Below are positions 27,779 through 39,829 of a stretch of DNA of 64,000 nt, in pieces. The notes under the pieces are model-generated. The model was given only the letters and a program-made list of their open reading frames with translations. It did not search any database and was not told the origin of the DNA. Each line of letters begins with the position of its first letter. Position 1 is the stretch's first letter. Position numbers and translations under genes: made by a program. Source of the stretch: Takakia lepidozioides (taxonomy: Eukaryota > Plantae > Bryophyta); NCBI GenBank assembly GCA_030704615.1, contig CM060731.1, forward strand, positions 21,824,001 through 21,888,000. The letters are read 5' to 3'.

Positions 27779-29739
27779 GAGATGGCAGCACCAATGAGCC
27801 AACTTCTGAAGAAAGATGCAGTGTTTGCATGGATACCTGAATGTCAACAGGCTTTTGAGGAACTTACATAACAACTACACATGTGCTGATTAATCCTCAC
27901 TGGCAGAAATATTCATGTTCAGTGTGATGCTTCTGGAGAAGCACTAGGAGCACGTGTTAGCCCAAAATGTTACAGGAGGAGGATAGATTCACCTGTGTAC
28001 TATGCTAGCCGATTGATGAACAATGCCGAAAGAAATTATAGCACAACGGAAAGAGAAGCATTGGCAATGATCTATGCAGTGAAGAAATTCAGGCATTACC
28101 TGTTGGCAAGAAGTTTATGTTCTATGTGGATCACCCGGCTATGGATACCTGGTAAACAAACCTTGATAAGCGGAAGAATAACAAGATGGTGATAATCTTG
28201 CACGAGTTGAGTTCGAGGTTGTTTACAAGCCTGGGAGGCTGCATCTTGTGGCGGATCACTTGTCACGATTATCAACAGGAGAACCAGCCACGGGAGTAGA
28301 TGATCAATTACCAGATGCGAGTCTATTTGCAGTGGAGGTGCAGGAAGTGCAGATGACTGGTTAGATTGGCAGTGGCCAATCAGATACTACCCTTGCTCAT
28401 GGTCAGTGCCCACCAAGTTATGGAAAGGAGCAGAGAAAGAGAATTGCTATCAAAGCTCTACCTTACACTATGGTAGGGAGCAGAATGTATAAGCTAGGAC
28501 CAGATGGAGTGCTGAAGCGATGCTTATACCACCATGAAGTTAATAAGTTTTGGAGGAAGTTCATAAAGGAGTGGCAGGAGGTCATTTTGGAGAAGAGATT
28601 ACCAGCAGGAAGATACTACATGCAGGTTACTGGTGGCCTACTTTGTTCAAAGATGTACACAAGTATTGTCAGAGTTGTGATGAATGTCAGAGGCTAGGAC
28701 CTTTGCAGAGATCTGGGAAGATGGCTTTGCATCCTACAATGCCTACGGAACCATTTCAGAAATGGGGACTAGACTTTGTTGGACCAATTAACCACCAACA
28801 AGAATACACAGAAACATGTACATAATTACAGCCACTGATTATACTACGAAGTGGGTGGAAGCTAAAGCTTTGAGGGACAACACAGCCAAGTCCATAGTAA
28901 GGTTCCTGTATGAGAACATACTTACACGATTTGGCTGTCCCTTGGAATTTATCAGTGATCAGAGAAGTCACTTCATTAATGAGACCATTGAATTATTGAC
29001 TAAAGAGTTCATGATTGTGCATAGGAAGAGTACAACATATACCCACAGGGTAATGGGCAGGCAGAGGCTACCAACAAAATTCTATGTACTATCTTGGCTA
29101 AGATAGTCAATGCAAACAGAACGGATTGGGATACAAAGCTGTTGACAGCTTTGTGGTCATACAGGACTTCATATAAAGTCACCACTAAGTATACACCATT
29201 CCAATCAGTTTATGGTATGGAAGCTTTACTTCCAGTGGAATTCCTGTTACCTACCATGAGAACGGAATGGGGAAAGAGAATGGAATTGCAAGATTCAATT
29301 AAGGTCAGGAAACATGAATTATACCATGTGGAAGAAGTACGTGCTAATGCAGCTGATAATATGACCAGAATTCAGATGAAGAGGAAGGAACAGTTTGATG
29401 AAGGCAAGTTAAAGACTTTTAAGACGGGAGATTTGGTTCTCTGGTTGCAGAAGAAGGGAAAGATTAAAGCTTCTAAGCTTAAATCACCATGGAAAGGACC
29501 TTATGTCATACAGAAGATGTATGATAACAACACCGCCATGTTACAAACCATTAACAAAGAGATGCTGGGAAGAGTCAATGCCAATAAGTTGAAGGGGTAC
29601 AGTGGTATCCATGACAAACCATTGCAGCATGATTTGCATGTTGAAACGCAAAAGCAGTCACGGGCTGCGCCAGTGATACCAACGGAGTATGGAGCACTTG
29701 TCGCTAGGCCGAGCATATATGACCAGGGCGGGCAGAACA

Positions 29740-29990
29740 AGCGCGACACAGCCTATCACAGCCCATCAAGGCGCGACACAGCCTATCACAGCCCAGAACG
29801 GCGCAACACAGCCTATCACAGCCCGGCGCGACAGAGCATATCACAGCCTAGCACGGCGCAACACAACCTATCACAACCTACCACAACGTGTCACAGCCTA
29901 TCACAACTTACCACAGTGCATCACAGCCTATCACAGCGTACCACAGTATGACACAGCCTGTCACAGCTCAACACAGCCTACTAGGGTTAC
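29740..29990 (+). repeat. Degenerate tandem repeat array (ACACAGCCTATCACAGCCC-like units) after integrase
   Basis: Repeated GCGCGACACAGCCTATCACAGCCC and TATCACAAC/AGCC units. Confidence 0.85.
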
Positions 29991-30689
29991 ACAATCCATA
30001 GAATCAGTGACAGGTGGATGCAAGATAACTTCAGGGAAATGGCCGGCGGAAGAAAGGATGGAAGCCAGTTTAGAAATGGACACGTGGAAGTCAGGGCGCG
30101 ACACACAGCTGAGAAGGAAGTGCAAGAACAGGTGTCATCAAGAAAGAGGACAAGAATGGCCGTCAAAGTACCTACTTAGCACGTCAATTCGGATGAATGG
30201 CAGGCCCATTAATGAATACGGAAAAAGGGCAACAGAACAAACGGCAAGTACAGAAAAGCGAAATTCTTGTCACATGTGTTATCCTAGTGGACAGTCCAGC
30301 AGGGGAAGTCCACTAAAGAAAATTAAATCTAAAATCCAGTCACAGCGGTTACAGCCAATCAAAAGCCAGAAGCAGGATCAAGAAATTGGAGGGATTTTAA
30401 GCGCAAGAGTCGGCGTCGTTCCAAGTAACGGGCGTCTCGACGGGACAAACCATCAATGCTATAGCTTTGAAGCTATGGAGGAACTAACAGACTATACGCT
30501 CGCAATATTACTTACGCAGTGGCATAGGGACGGAAGAACAGAGCGGATCTTTTCTCTTAATCGATGCTTGCAAGCCCCGCAGGCTTACACGAAATTACCC
30601 ATAGCATTTTGTGGCAACCATACGTTTATGCTTTGTGCTCGCAGGCATTTCTTCAATTGTTACAGCCAAAACCTTTCTGTGGGTCTAGA

Positions 30690-33600
30690 ATGAAGAGAGT
30701 GAGAGGAATAGAAGAAATCAGGGTGAAGAGCACCACAATCCTGCAGAAACAAACGATTGCTACTCCGCAGGCGGTACAGTTACTGAAGGAGCTGCGATTA
30801 GAAGGATTGCAAAGCAAAGATTGGACATTGCACCATAGGCAGTACATGTTACAATTCTTGCAGAACTTTGAGCCTAGGACAGGAGCAATAACGGTGACGG
30901 GAGTTGAATTAGAAATTACTCCCCTATACCTACATCAATTGTTTGAATTGCCATCAGGTCAGGTGCATGTGGAGGAGCACAGGGCAAGACTGCAAATAGG
31001 GGACTTATTCCAATAAGGGAGTTTCTTTAAAACTCAGGGTTATGCTTATACCAAGGCCGTCTACCCAGGGCTAAGGGAGGTAGGCCAAGTATTGAACGTT
31101 CTGTTTGCCATGAAACAAAACCAACAATATTTGAGCAGATCCTTCACAGAGGAAAATACTCAAAGCCCTGAGAGGGGAAGAGGTAGCATGGGCGGACATA
31201 ATGTACAATGCACTGGTAGAGGAGATGAAAAGATTACAGGGCACTGCCGCAAAGTCTCCTATCATAGTGTCTGGCCCAATCATTGCTCAAATAATTCTTG
31301 ATTCTTGCATACTTGATGCTCGGGAAAGAAAGGAGATAGGAGTGTTTGAGACCGAAACCACTGCAATGGAAGAGCAAGGCTCTTCACACAGTGAGGGTGG
31401 ACTGGCAAGGCAACCCCAGACTAAGAGACAGAGGCAGGAAAAGACTGTAGTGGCGGATCCACTGGCTTCACGAAAACCGCATGATAATGTTTCCCAAGCT
31501 CTTGTGCAGGAAGGGGCACATCAGCACAGAAAGCTGCTATTATTGGAAGCAGGACCTTCAGAGAGGGAAGAGGAAGTTACTTTAGTATTACAGCCATCAC
31601 AGCCAGATCATCGGCTTGTCACAGAGTTACCACAAGTTGTCCATGCAGTTCCACCAGAAATAATTGATTTGGAGAAAGAAGGGTTAGATATTCCCACTAC
31701 AGAACAGGTGGTGGCAGAAATTGAGAAGGGGGACCTTCTCTATGAAAATTCTGGTCTGGTCAGGGAAACAGTGATTCCGGAGGTGCAGCGGTTGTCTAGG
31801 GGAAACCCTGCGGTGCATATAATACACACACATGTGACGGAGGTACCACAGGTAGAATGTCAAGACACTGCAGCACCTGTGACGGATGAAGTGGTTCAGG
31901 AAGAAAATCTGGTGGGGCAATGGCCTGAGTGGTTCGTGAGGCATCACACTGTTGAGGATGAGGGAGAACAGCAGCAAGCTCACCATGATGACCCTCAACA
32001 GGCCATGCTTATGAGTTCCATAAGCATGACACTTAATTTGTTGGGCACTTATTTCAAATCCCATGTTCCAACTTCCCAATTGGCAGCTTTGAGGGAGGAA
32101 CTCAGGAAGGAGTTTGAGGCTCGACTTGCCACTGAGTGTGCAAACAAGGTCGATGAAGAGGTCACTCTCAAGATGCAGCAAGACTTAGAGAGTACAGAAG
32201 CGGCTTTGCAATTGGCCAATGAACAATTAATTGAGGCAGGCCTCGCGCAAGATCAGTTGCACGAAGCACATAAGCAACAGCTATACCAAATGCAGGTGAA
32301 GCATGAAAGCAAGTTGCAAGAAGTGAATGCACTACATACAGAGTTGCAGACAGTGCATGACAGGATGGCCATACAATGTGCTACACTCACAACTACGCTT
32401 GACCAAGCTACAATAGAAATAAACAGTCAAGCGGAAAGATGTACGAAGGCAGAGGCAGAGAATGTTGAGCAAGTGAAACTCATTGTCGATATGAAGAATA
32501 CAATCTGTCGCAATGAGAATACTTTCAAGCAATACAGGCAGGTTGAAGCTGACCAAGAGAGGTACATCCTGGAGTTGCAACAAACGCTCATGGTAAATAG
32601 AAATGAACTCTCTGTGGCTAACAAGGCTTGGAAGGAAGCCAATAATCTGGCTGCTGCCTATGCGAGTTTGGTTGAACCTCATGCAAAGCGCATGGAGGCT
32701 TTACAGCAACAGATAGATGTGTACAGGCTCACAGAGGAGCAGACTCTCAGGGGTGCCACAAGCAACTTGGTGGATAACCACCTTATGCAGGTCTGGTTAG
32801 CACAAGGGCCGGTGGAGGGCAAAGCACCACGAAAGCTCACCCAAAGAGAGATGAATGAGCTCAGACTGCAAGTGCAGAACATTGCCACAACTACTATAGA
32901 CAATGTCTATAGTAGAATAGCGGAGTTACAGGAGGATGTAGACGGCCTGCAGACTCAGGTGGAGGACCTCACTTCAAATATCGACAAGAGAGTCTGTGTA
33001 CCTGAGGAACAGCTGATGGCTTCTTATTTACAAGCGAGAACTTTGGCTTTTCAGTCTTCTTCGCAGGGGGTGCAGGAGATGCCAATGGTACAAGAGCCAG
33101 TGCCACCAACACCACAACAAGTCACTATGCCAGTAGCTGACCCTGTTGTTGCTACAGCCACACCACGGCCACCACAGCCTGAGGTATGGGGGAATGCTGC
33201 TTTTAACCCACCTAAAACTCCAACTGCACGGGAGTACAGTCGGGCTATGATTATGCCCTTCAACCAAATTCCCATTGTGTTGGATTTGGCTTGGAAGGAA
33301 TTTAGTCCTCCGCAGTCATTGGCACATTACTATCAAATCATGCGCATTTGGCTGCCAGTGGCAACTAGGACTAAAGTTCTTCCGAACAATCGACCAATTG
33401 AGGATCATCACTTTGCGCAGTACTGGCATGAGGCAAGTACCATGTTGAAGGAATTAATTGCCTTCCAAGTTGTACATGGATTCATTTATACCAAGACCAA
33501 AGAGGTAGCAAGTATTGTCATGGGCTGCGGGTTATACTACGCTGCTTGTTTTCTGGTACGTTATCACATTGAGCAGCAGAAGATGCAAACGCGCTTTCTG

Positions 33601-34248
33601 AGTTATTCCAGTGGGGATCATTGGGTCTTACCTTCAGTGCCACCTCATATGTACCTATATGAGGCAAAAGTTATGATGCAAAAGGATTCTCAGATTCGTT
33701 CATGGTTTCATGCGGCCTGGAACAATTTGTCAACACAGAAATTCGGCCTTGACGATATTTTCTTTAAGGGACATCAGGCATGGAAATACTTGCACAATTC
33801 ACAAGTCATTGGTACCCCACTCACCTGGACAGACAAGGAGCTCAGGGTCTTCACCAATTTTGCAATTCAGCGCTTACAACAAGTTTTATAGTTTAAACTT
33901 CCGGACATGGTGGGACAACATTGTATGCCCCAGAGAATTCCAGTTAGAGTTCGACAGTTAAAACACCTCAGGGGGGACGAGGATTCTGATACTACTGTTT
34001 CTTCAGCGGACTCTTTTGACATGGTAGAGGACTATGCAATTCAGATGGCAGAGAAGAAGCGACGGGGGTCTCCTATGCCTGAAAGATTACCTCGATATCA
34101 GCCTCCAGAGGGACTGACATATCCAGGTAGTGTTCAATCATCTCCCTCAACCAGTGACAGGACACGGGCTCGCACACGGAGTCCTTCACGAGACTCTAAC
34201 CGTCAGAAGGATGCTCGCTCACAAAGGGTTACAAATCCCAAACAGTAA
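30690..34248 (+). pseudogene. Additional ('env-like') ORF of the Athila-like element, ~1180 aa when repaired; N-terminal plant-transposon-protein-like domain plus long coiled coil
   Basis: ORF pieces 30690-31016, an in-frame continuation to ~31145, 31201-33891 (896 aa) and 33907-34248 are separated by only two in-frame stops and one frameshift. The ORF lies between the integrase and the PPT. Confidence 0.75.
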
Positions 34249-34285
34249 ACCATGAGGACACGGCTTTTTGAGAGGAGAAGGGGAA

Positions 34286-35229
34286 TGTTAGAGGACTGTC
34301 TGGGACTTAGGCACTTTTACGGGATCTGTGGGGTACCCTTAATTTTTGCACAGACTGAGACCAACAGGAGCCTTAGGGGTGACAACAGCGCACTTTAGGG
34401 GGGGGGGGGGGGGGGGGTTACATAGCCCGTCACAGCCAACACAGCCCGTCACAGTCCGACACAGCCCGTCACAGTCAACACAGCTCGTCACAGTCTGACA
34501 CAGCCCGTCACAGCCAACACAGCCTGTCACAGTCCAACACAGCCCGTCACAGTCCGACACAGCCGACACAGCCGCCACAGCCAGACACAGCCGTCACAGC
34601 CAGTCACAGTTCGACACAGCCCGTCACAGCCCGACACAGCCGACACAGCCGCCACAGCCAGACACAGCCGTCACAGCCAGTCACAATTCGACACAGCCTG
34701 ACACAGCCCAACACAGTCGCACAGCCAGTCACAGTTTCACACAGCCGGTCACAGCTTGACACAGCTGTCACGACCATAGGGAACGGATAGCAGGACAGTG
34801 AATGACTGTGGGGAACAACATCTGCGAATGGAACATGTTAGTTCACGGATGACGGTTAGTGAGGGAACGGTTAGAACCACGGAAAGGAAGATAAAGCGAG
34901 GAGCGGGGACTGGAGGATCACTTCGGGGGGGATCAAAACTTGGAAATGAAGCGGAGAGCGCATCTCTGAGGAGAAAGAGGGAGAGCACGGAGTAGGAGGA
35001 AAACGATCTGTTGATACTGGCTGAATGCAAGAAGTAGAGTTGTAATGTAGAGCAGAATAGAGACACCATGGCTTCAGCCTGATACTTGATAGATATTAAT
35101 CTGATACATACTTCATACTCACACTGTGTAGAGAGACCTGAGTGAAGCTGTGGAATGAATGGATGGAACTTGATAGATTTCTGAAGCAAACTGATACTTA
35201 ATTGCAGATAGTAAGGTAACTCGCTAACA
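34286..35229 (+). repeat. 3' LTR of Athila-like element (944 bp), containing a G20 run and a CACAGCC repeat array
   Basis: TGTTAG...CTAACA inverted termini; directly preceded by the PPT; poly-G 34398-34417; (GTCACAGCC/GACACAGCC)n 34420-34770. Confidence 0.85.
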
Positions 35230-38200
35230 TGAATGCGGGAAGGAGTACAAATAGGAAACACCCCCATGATACACTAGCTGTAGGTCATGACTGATTGTTC
35301 TGAGCGGGCTGAGTGCTTAGAGATTTCCAACTCTTCTATCTTGGAGTTCCCACCTCGGATAGCGAAGGGATGTGTGAGTAAAAGCCGCGCGACAATATTG
35401 CATTGCGAAACACAATAGGCACAATTATGAAGTCCCGACGGCATGACTTGCACAAGGAATGGCAGAAAGGTGAGGGGAAACCCATGGACGTGTCTGATGA
35501 GCATTGGAAGAGCCTCACCTCCTACCGGAGTACAGAACAGTACTCTAAAGTGCAGACCCACTTGAAGACAACAAATGCCTGCATTCAAAATCACACCAAA
35601 ACGGGCCGGGGAGGGAAGGACAGCATGGAGGCACGCTTAGTAAGAACCCTCATGAGCTTTCTCACTATACTCTTCTCAATACATTCTATGAATGCCAATC
35701 TTTAATGCTGGTTGGCTTATGGTTTAGTACTTCAAGCAATTTTGGAGCTGAGTTTTAATAGAAAATTATTTTTGTGTTGACATGATTGTTCAATCTTGAC
35801 GTTGCATTATCTTGAGTGGTTTTGTTATGGTTTTGTATGGTTGAGCCATTGAGTACAAATTGCACATTGGCTTCATATTGTTTGTTATGTTGGGTAAATA
35901 TGTAGGAAAGAGAAACCGGGTGCCCCCCTACGTTGGCTGATATACAAGAATACTCTGTCTCAAGGATGTCAGCTGGGAGCGATAGGCGGGTAAGTGAGCC
36001 TCAACAACCATGTGCTTTCAGTACATGTGTGCCCTGTGTATTATAGCACGTTTGCTTGCTCAAGTTCTCAGTGAATGATCTAAGTGTTGAAAGAATGTAC
36101 TCATAAGAGTGCCAGTGTGTTGATTGACAAAACTGAGTTTGGTACCTCTAACCACTTCTTGGTTTGGACTAAGATCTGTTGGTTTTGGGTTTGTTGATTT
36201 TCACTATAAGCCAAATTGTATCCCTAGGACGGCCCTGTCTGGCCAGGTCTAAGTCCATCAAGGGGTTTAGTAGAGGGTTAAACACATTTTACTTTAGAAG
36301 TTGCTGGGTGTGATCATTGTATCCCTAGGACTGCATGTGTGGTAGAAGGACCTGTGCCTGAATTTACTGCTTTGCTAGAACAAAAGTGGGACCAATATTT
36401 TTGTACAGGTGAACATGTTGTAGTCATGGTTGCCAGCGTTTGATGAATATGTGTCTGGTTGGTGTGATCACCCAATATGGATTGATAGGTAAGGTGCTTG
36501 ATGTTGTGCTCAAATATTGGCAAGTGGAAATAATCTTGCTGGAACATGTTGTCTTATGCATTTTGGTCTATATGGCAGGAAGCGAGTGTAGCGTATTCTG
36601 CCATAGTCAGAAAGGTGGATGCAATGGAAAAACAAGTCGAGGCTCAAGGGTCTGATATGCTGGAGATGAAATCATGGATGCAGAACATGATGGACTCTCA
36701 GAAGGCAATGATGCTCAAATTGGGGGTTAATGTCCCCCTGGCAGGTCCAGTGACATCTGGCATGAATGGTTCTGGTGTCACTATATCAAAAAGATTGGCG
36801 GAGCGGTTTGAGACCATAACTGGCGATCAATCTCAAGTGTCCCCTAACCCTATCACCGATGATGGTTTGCATCTGTCCAAGCAGTTCGCCATAGGGAAGG
36901 CAGGCACTGAGACAGCAATTTCAAGTCAGCCTGCCTCTGGTACAAAAGAAGCTACTGATCATGATGCCCGTGATATGTCTGAGAAGCCTGGTACACCGGA
37001 TTCAGGTATGCATGATTTCTTGGGGAATTCACATGGGGAGGATGGGACAGATGCTACGACATTTCAATTGGTTGTGCATCCCACTGGGCTGATATGTTGA
37101 AGCCAGATAAGCGTTTACAGTCTCCACCACCTCGCAAGCACTTGCTAGTTTTGGATGTGAATGGATTGCTCTATGAATCCATTCATGTTGCTAAGTGGTC
37201 CAACAACTGTTCCCAAAGGATTTGTGGGGAAGTTGTGTGGGATGAAAATGGTATTTTTGAGACCCAGCTGTATTTCTTGCAAAAGTGTTTTGCACACTTT
37301 GAGGTGGCAGTGTGGTCTTGCTGCAAAGCTCGCAACTTCATTCCGATGGTGGACATTATTTTCAAAGGGCACACTTATAATATTTTCCAGTGGGATGCCC
37401 TTTATTGTGAAGAGCTTAGTGACCCATTGGCTAGGGGGGCTAATGCAAAGCCCATATATTTGAAGAACCTATCAAGAGTGTGGGCAAAGTGGCCAGAATG
37501 GGGTCTTGAAGACACTCTTCTTGTTGATGACACCCCAAGAAAGGCATCAAACAATCCTCCATTTAGTGGGATATAGCCGGAGCCATGGAAAATGCGATCA
37601 TCAGGGCCAAAAGATGGCTATCTACTCGATGTGTTGTGGCCGTTCTTGGAGAGGGCAAGCAAGACTCCTAGTATTCCACAATTTCTGAAGTCTGAGCCTC
37701 TCTTTGGACAACAGCCCTACAATTCTGCTCAATGTAATCGTCAAAAGGTACAACAATGTAATGTAAGTCTGGTCCACATTTGGAATTCTTGGGTTGCTTG
37801 TGAATTGCATGAGTAGTGGGTTTCTCTTGAGTGAGCTATGTAACTAGTGTATTTCAGGTTGTAATGCCACTGAAGAAATTGTAATGGTTTGTGATATAGG
37901 GACCTATGATGAAGCGGCTCCATGTTGTCAACAAGTCAGCATAGGAGCTGGAAAGTAGCCCTCTCAAGTAGTTCTCGCAGCCGCCTGAAAGTCAGCTTGG
38001 TGTAAGTCCATGACCTTGTACTCATCACCCCCACACTACATTCCTTGGATATCTTTTCCAATTTTGTTTATCTGACACTGGAGTGTAGACTACCGTCCTT
38101 CACGTTTGCTGTATCCTTGTGGTCATAGACTCCGCATCCACTGGGAGACCTTTGTGAGGGATTTACTTCAGTTTATTGCCAAAGGTAGGTACAGAAAGTA

Positions 38201-39829
38201 CTCATAAGACCTTGTGTTTGGCATAGCCTTTTGGGTAGGTAGGTAGAGAGAACGAAATTGAAATGTGTGTGTGTGTATGTATGTTGTTTGCTGCAATTTG
38301 TTGGCTGTAGACCTTCCTGACTACCCTTCCTCCCTCCCCTCCCTCCATCCATCCCTATTAGTAGTTGCAGCCCCCCTCCCGGTACTTAAGTACTATAATG
38401 CTTGGACCTCCGTAGTCTAGCGTGCAGGGTATTTTCACTCATTGTTTTTGCTGGTGGGTGCTGGGAGGTGGGGTAAGTGAGGGCTACCCTGATGTGCCAG
38501 CTGAGTATGCGGCTATATACATCAAAGAGACATACATCACTAACGCTCCTTTACCATATCTCAACGATGTTAAGAAACATATTGTGTTGGGGGATGTGGT
38601 AGGAAGCACCACACTTTGGAGTTTGAAGCTACTGAGACATGAGGTTTAGGAAGTTCTACTGCTTTGTTTGTCAATAAAGCCCTTACTTCTAGCAATATCT
38701 GTTGAATCTAGTTTTTTCCAGGTAAGTGTTTAGCGACATTTTGATTGAACAATGAAGCATATTTTGTGAATTTATATACAAAGACTGGTTCGAACACCAC
38801 ATGAATGTGTGTGCTGTGATTGTGATGTTGCTGTTTCTATGGATGGCATGATTGATTGTAGTTGTCTTTCAGACTGTATGATATTGGTGCTTCTGTCAGT
38901 CTATGCAAGAGGGTTGGTGGTAGAATCTTTCTTTGTCACACTTTGCAATTGCCAGCAGGGTTGGGGGTCAACTCTTTGGTCATTGGAAGATTAATGCAGG
39001 CTCTCCTTCCCTGCAGAGGGGGTGTGTCTTGATATAGAGGGCCAATTGCTTTGCCAATTGCTGTGCTTATGAGAGCTCCACATGGTTTGTTTAAATTTCA
39101 TATTAATTTACTTTAATTTATTATTTAAATTAGTCATTTGAAATTGAATAATATATAACAAATTTTAAAATCTACATGACCTACACGTGTCATTCACACA
39201 TACTCCAACAAGACCACGTGACATCTGTAGTGTTGTAGTGATATAGTCACACCCATAGTAATGTAGTCATACATGTATTCAGGAAATGTGCCACATGTCA
39301 TCCTCAGCGATGTACTGAGTAGTTATGTAGTCATCAGTGTAGTCACACAATGTAGTCATGTAGTCATAAAGTTACGCCTACATCACTATACTCCATCCCA
39401 CGATTTGGACACGTGTTATAGCAGAGGGATTGCGTGTGTCACGCAGACAACTATCCATGTAGGCGGACTTCTGTAGTAATGTAGTTATCATGTTAGTCAT
39501 GACATGTAGTCGTGTAGTCCACTGTACCATATGATCACACATGTCAAATCCCAAGGATCCCACGTGTCACGCACAAACCTCTCCATGTAGGCGCAATGTT
39601 GTAGTGATGTAGTCATAACTTACAGTCATGTAGTTATTTCTGTTATGACTACATCACCAAACCCTGCAGCCACGTCCTCAGTGACGACCATGACTTCGCA
39701 CTTATCACTCTGTAGTCATGATAGAACTAACTTCGTGTTTGTCACTGTAGAGTGAGGTAGTCGTAAAAGCACTTATCACTGCAAATGCAGTGATATCCAT
39801 AGTCATAAAAACGTTATTCTGTACTAGTG
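35230..39829 (+). mobile_element. CACTA (En/Spm) DNA transposon, 3' portion
   Basis: Terminus TTCTGTACTAGTG at 39817-39829 (reverse complement CACTAGTACAGAA); dense TGTAGTCAT-type subterminal repeats 39220-39810; internal spliced TnpA/Ptta-like coding remnants. Confidence 0.82.
35403..38649 (+). pseudogene. CACTA TnpA/Ptta-like spliced gene with embedded FCP1/NIF-like HAD phosphatase domain
   Basis: Exons ~35403-35639 (EHWKSLTSY...HTKTGRGG), 35906-35989 (ERETGCPPTLADI), 36579-37762 (coiled coil, then LLVLDVNGLL...FEVAVWS...KNLSRVW...TLLVDDTPRKASNNPP) and ~38480-38649 (PLPYLND...LGDVVGSTTLW). One frameshift at ~37090 and one stop at 37574. Confidence 0.7.

Larger units (their letters stand above)
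18873..35229 (+). mobile_element. Non-chromovirus (Athila-like) Ty3/gypsy LTR retrotransposon, 5'-truncated, with extra 3' ORF and 3' LTR; interrupted by nested element 20806-27778
   Basis: Protease VLIDRGSRVN...ILLGRPWL (18902-19849); RT WLSPIVIVPKKNGKLRVCV, MDGFSGYNQ, FLDDF (19857-20805); resumes at 27784 (AAPMSQLLKKD); RNaseH YSTTEREALAM; integrase GHFG...WWPTL...WGLDFVGP...DYTTKWVEA; PPT GAGAGGAGAAGGGGAA (34270-34285) abuts the LTR. Confidence 0.88.

Noticed and set aside
29689-30693. 334-aa ORF as a separate gene
   Set aside because: It runs through the tandem-repeat and spacer region, has no recognisable domain and overlaps the integrase tail; probably incidental.
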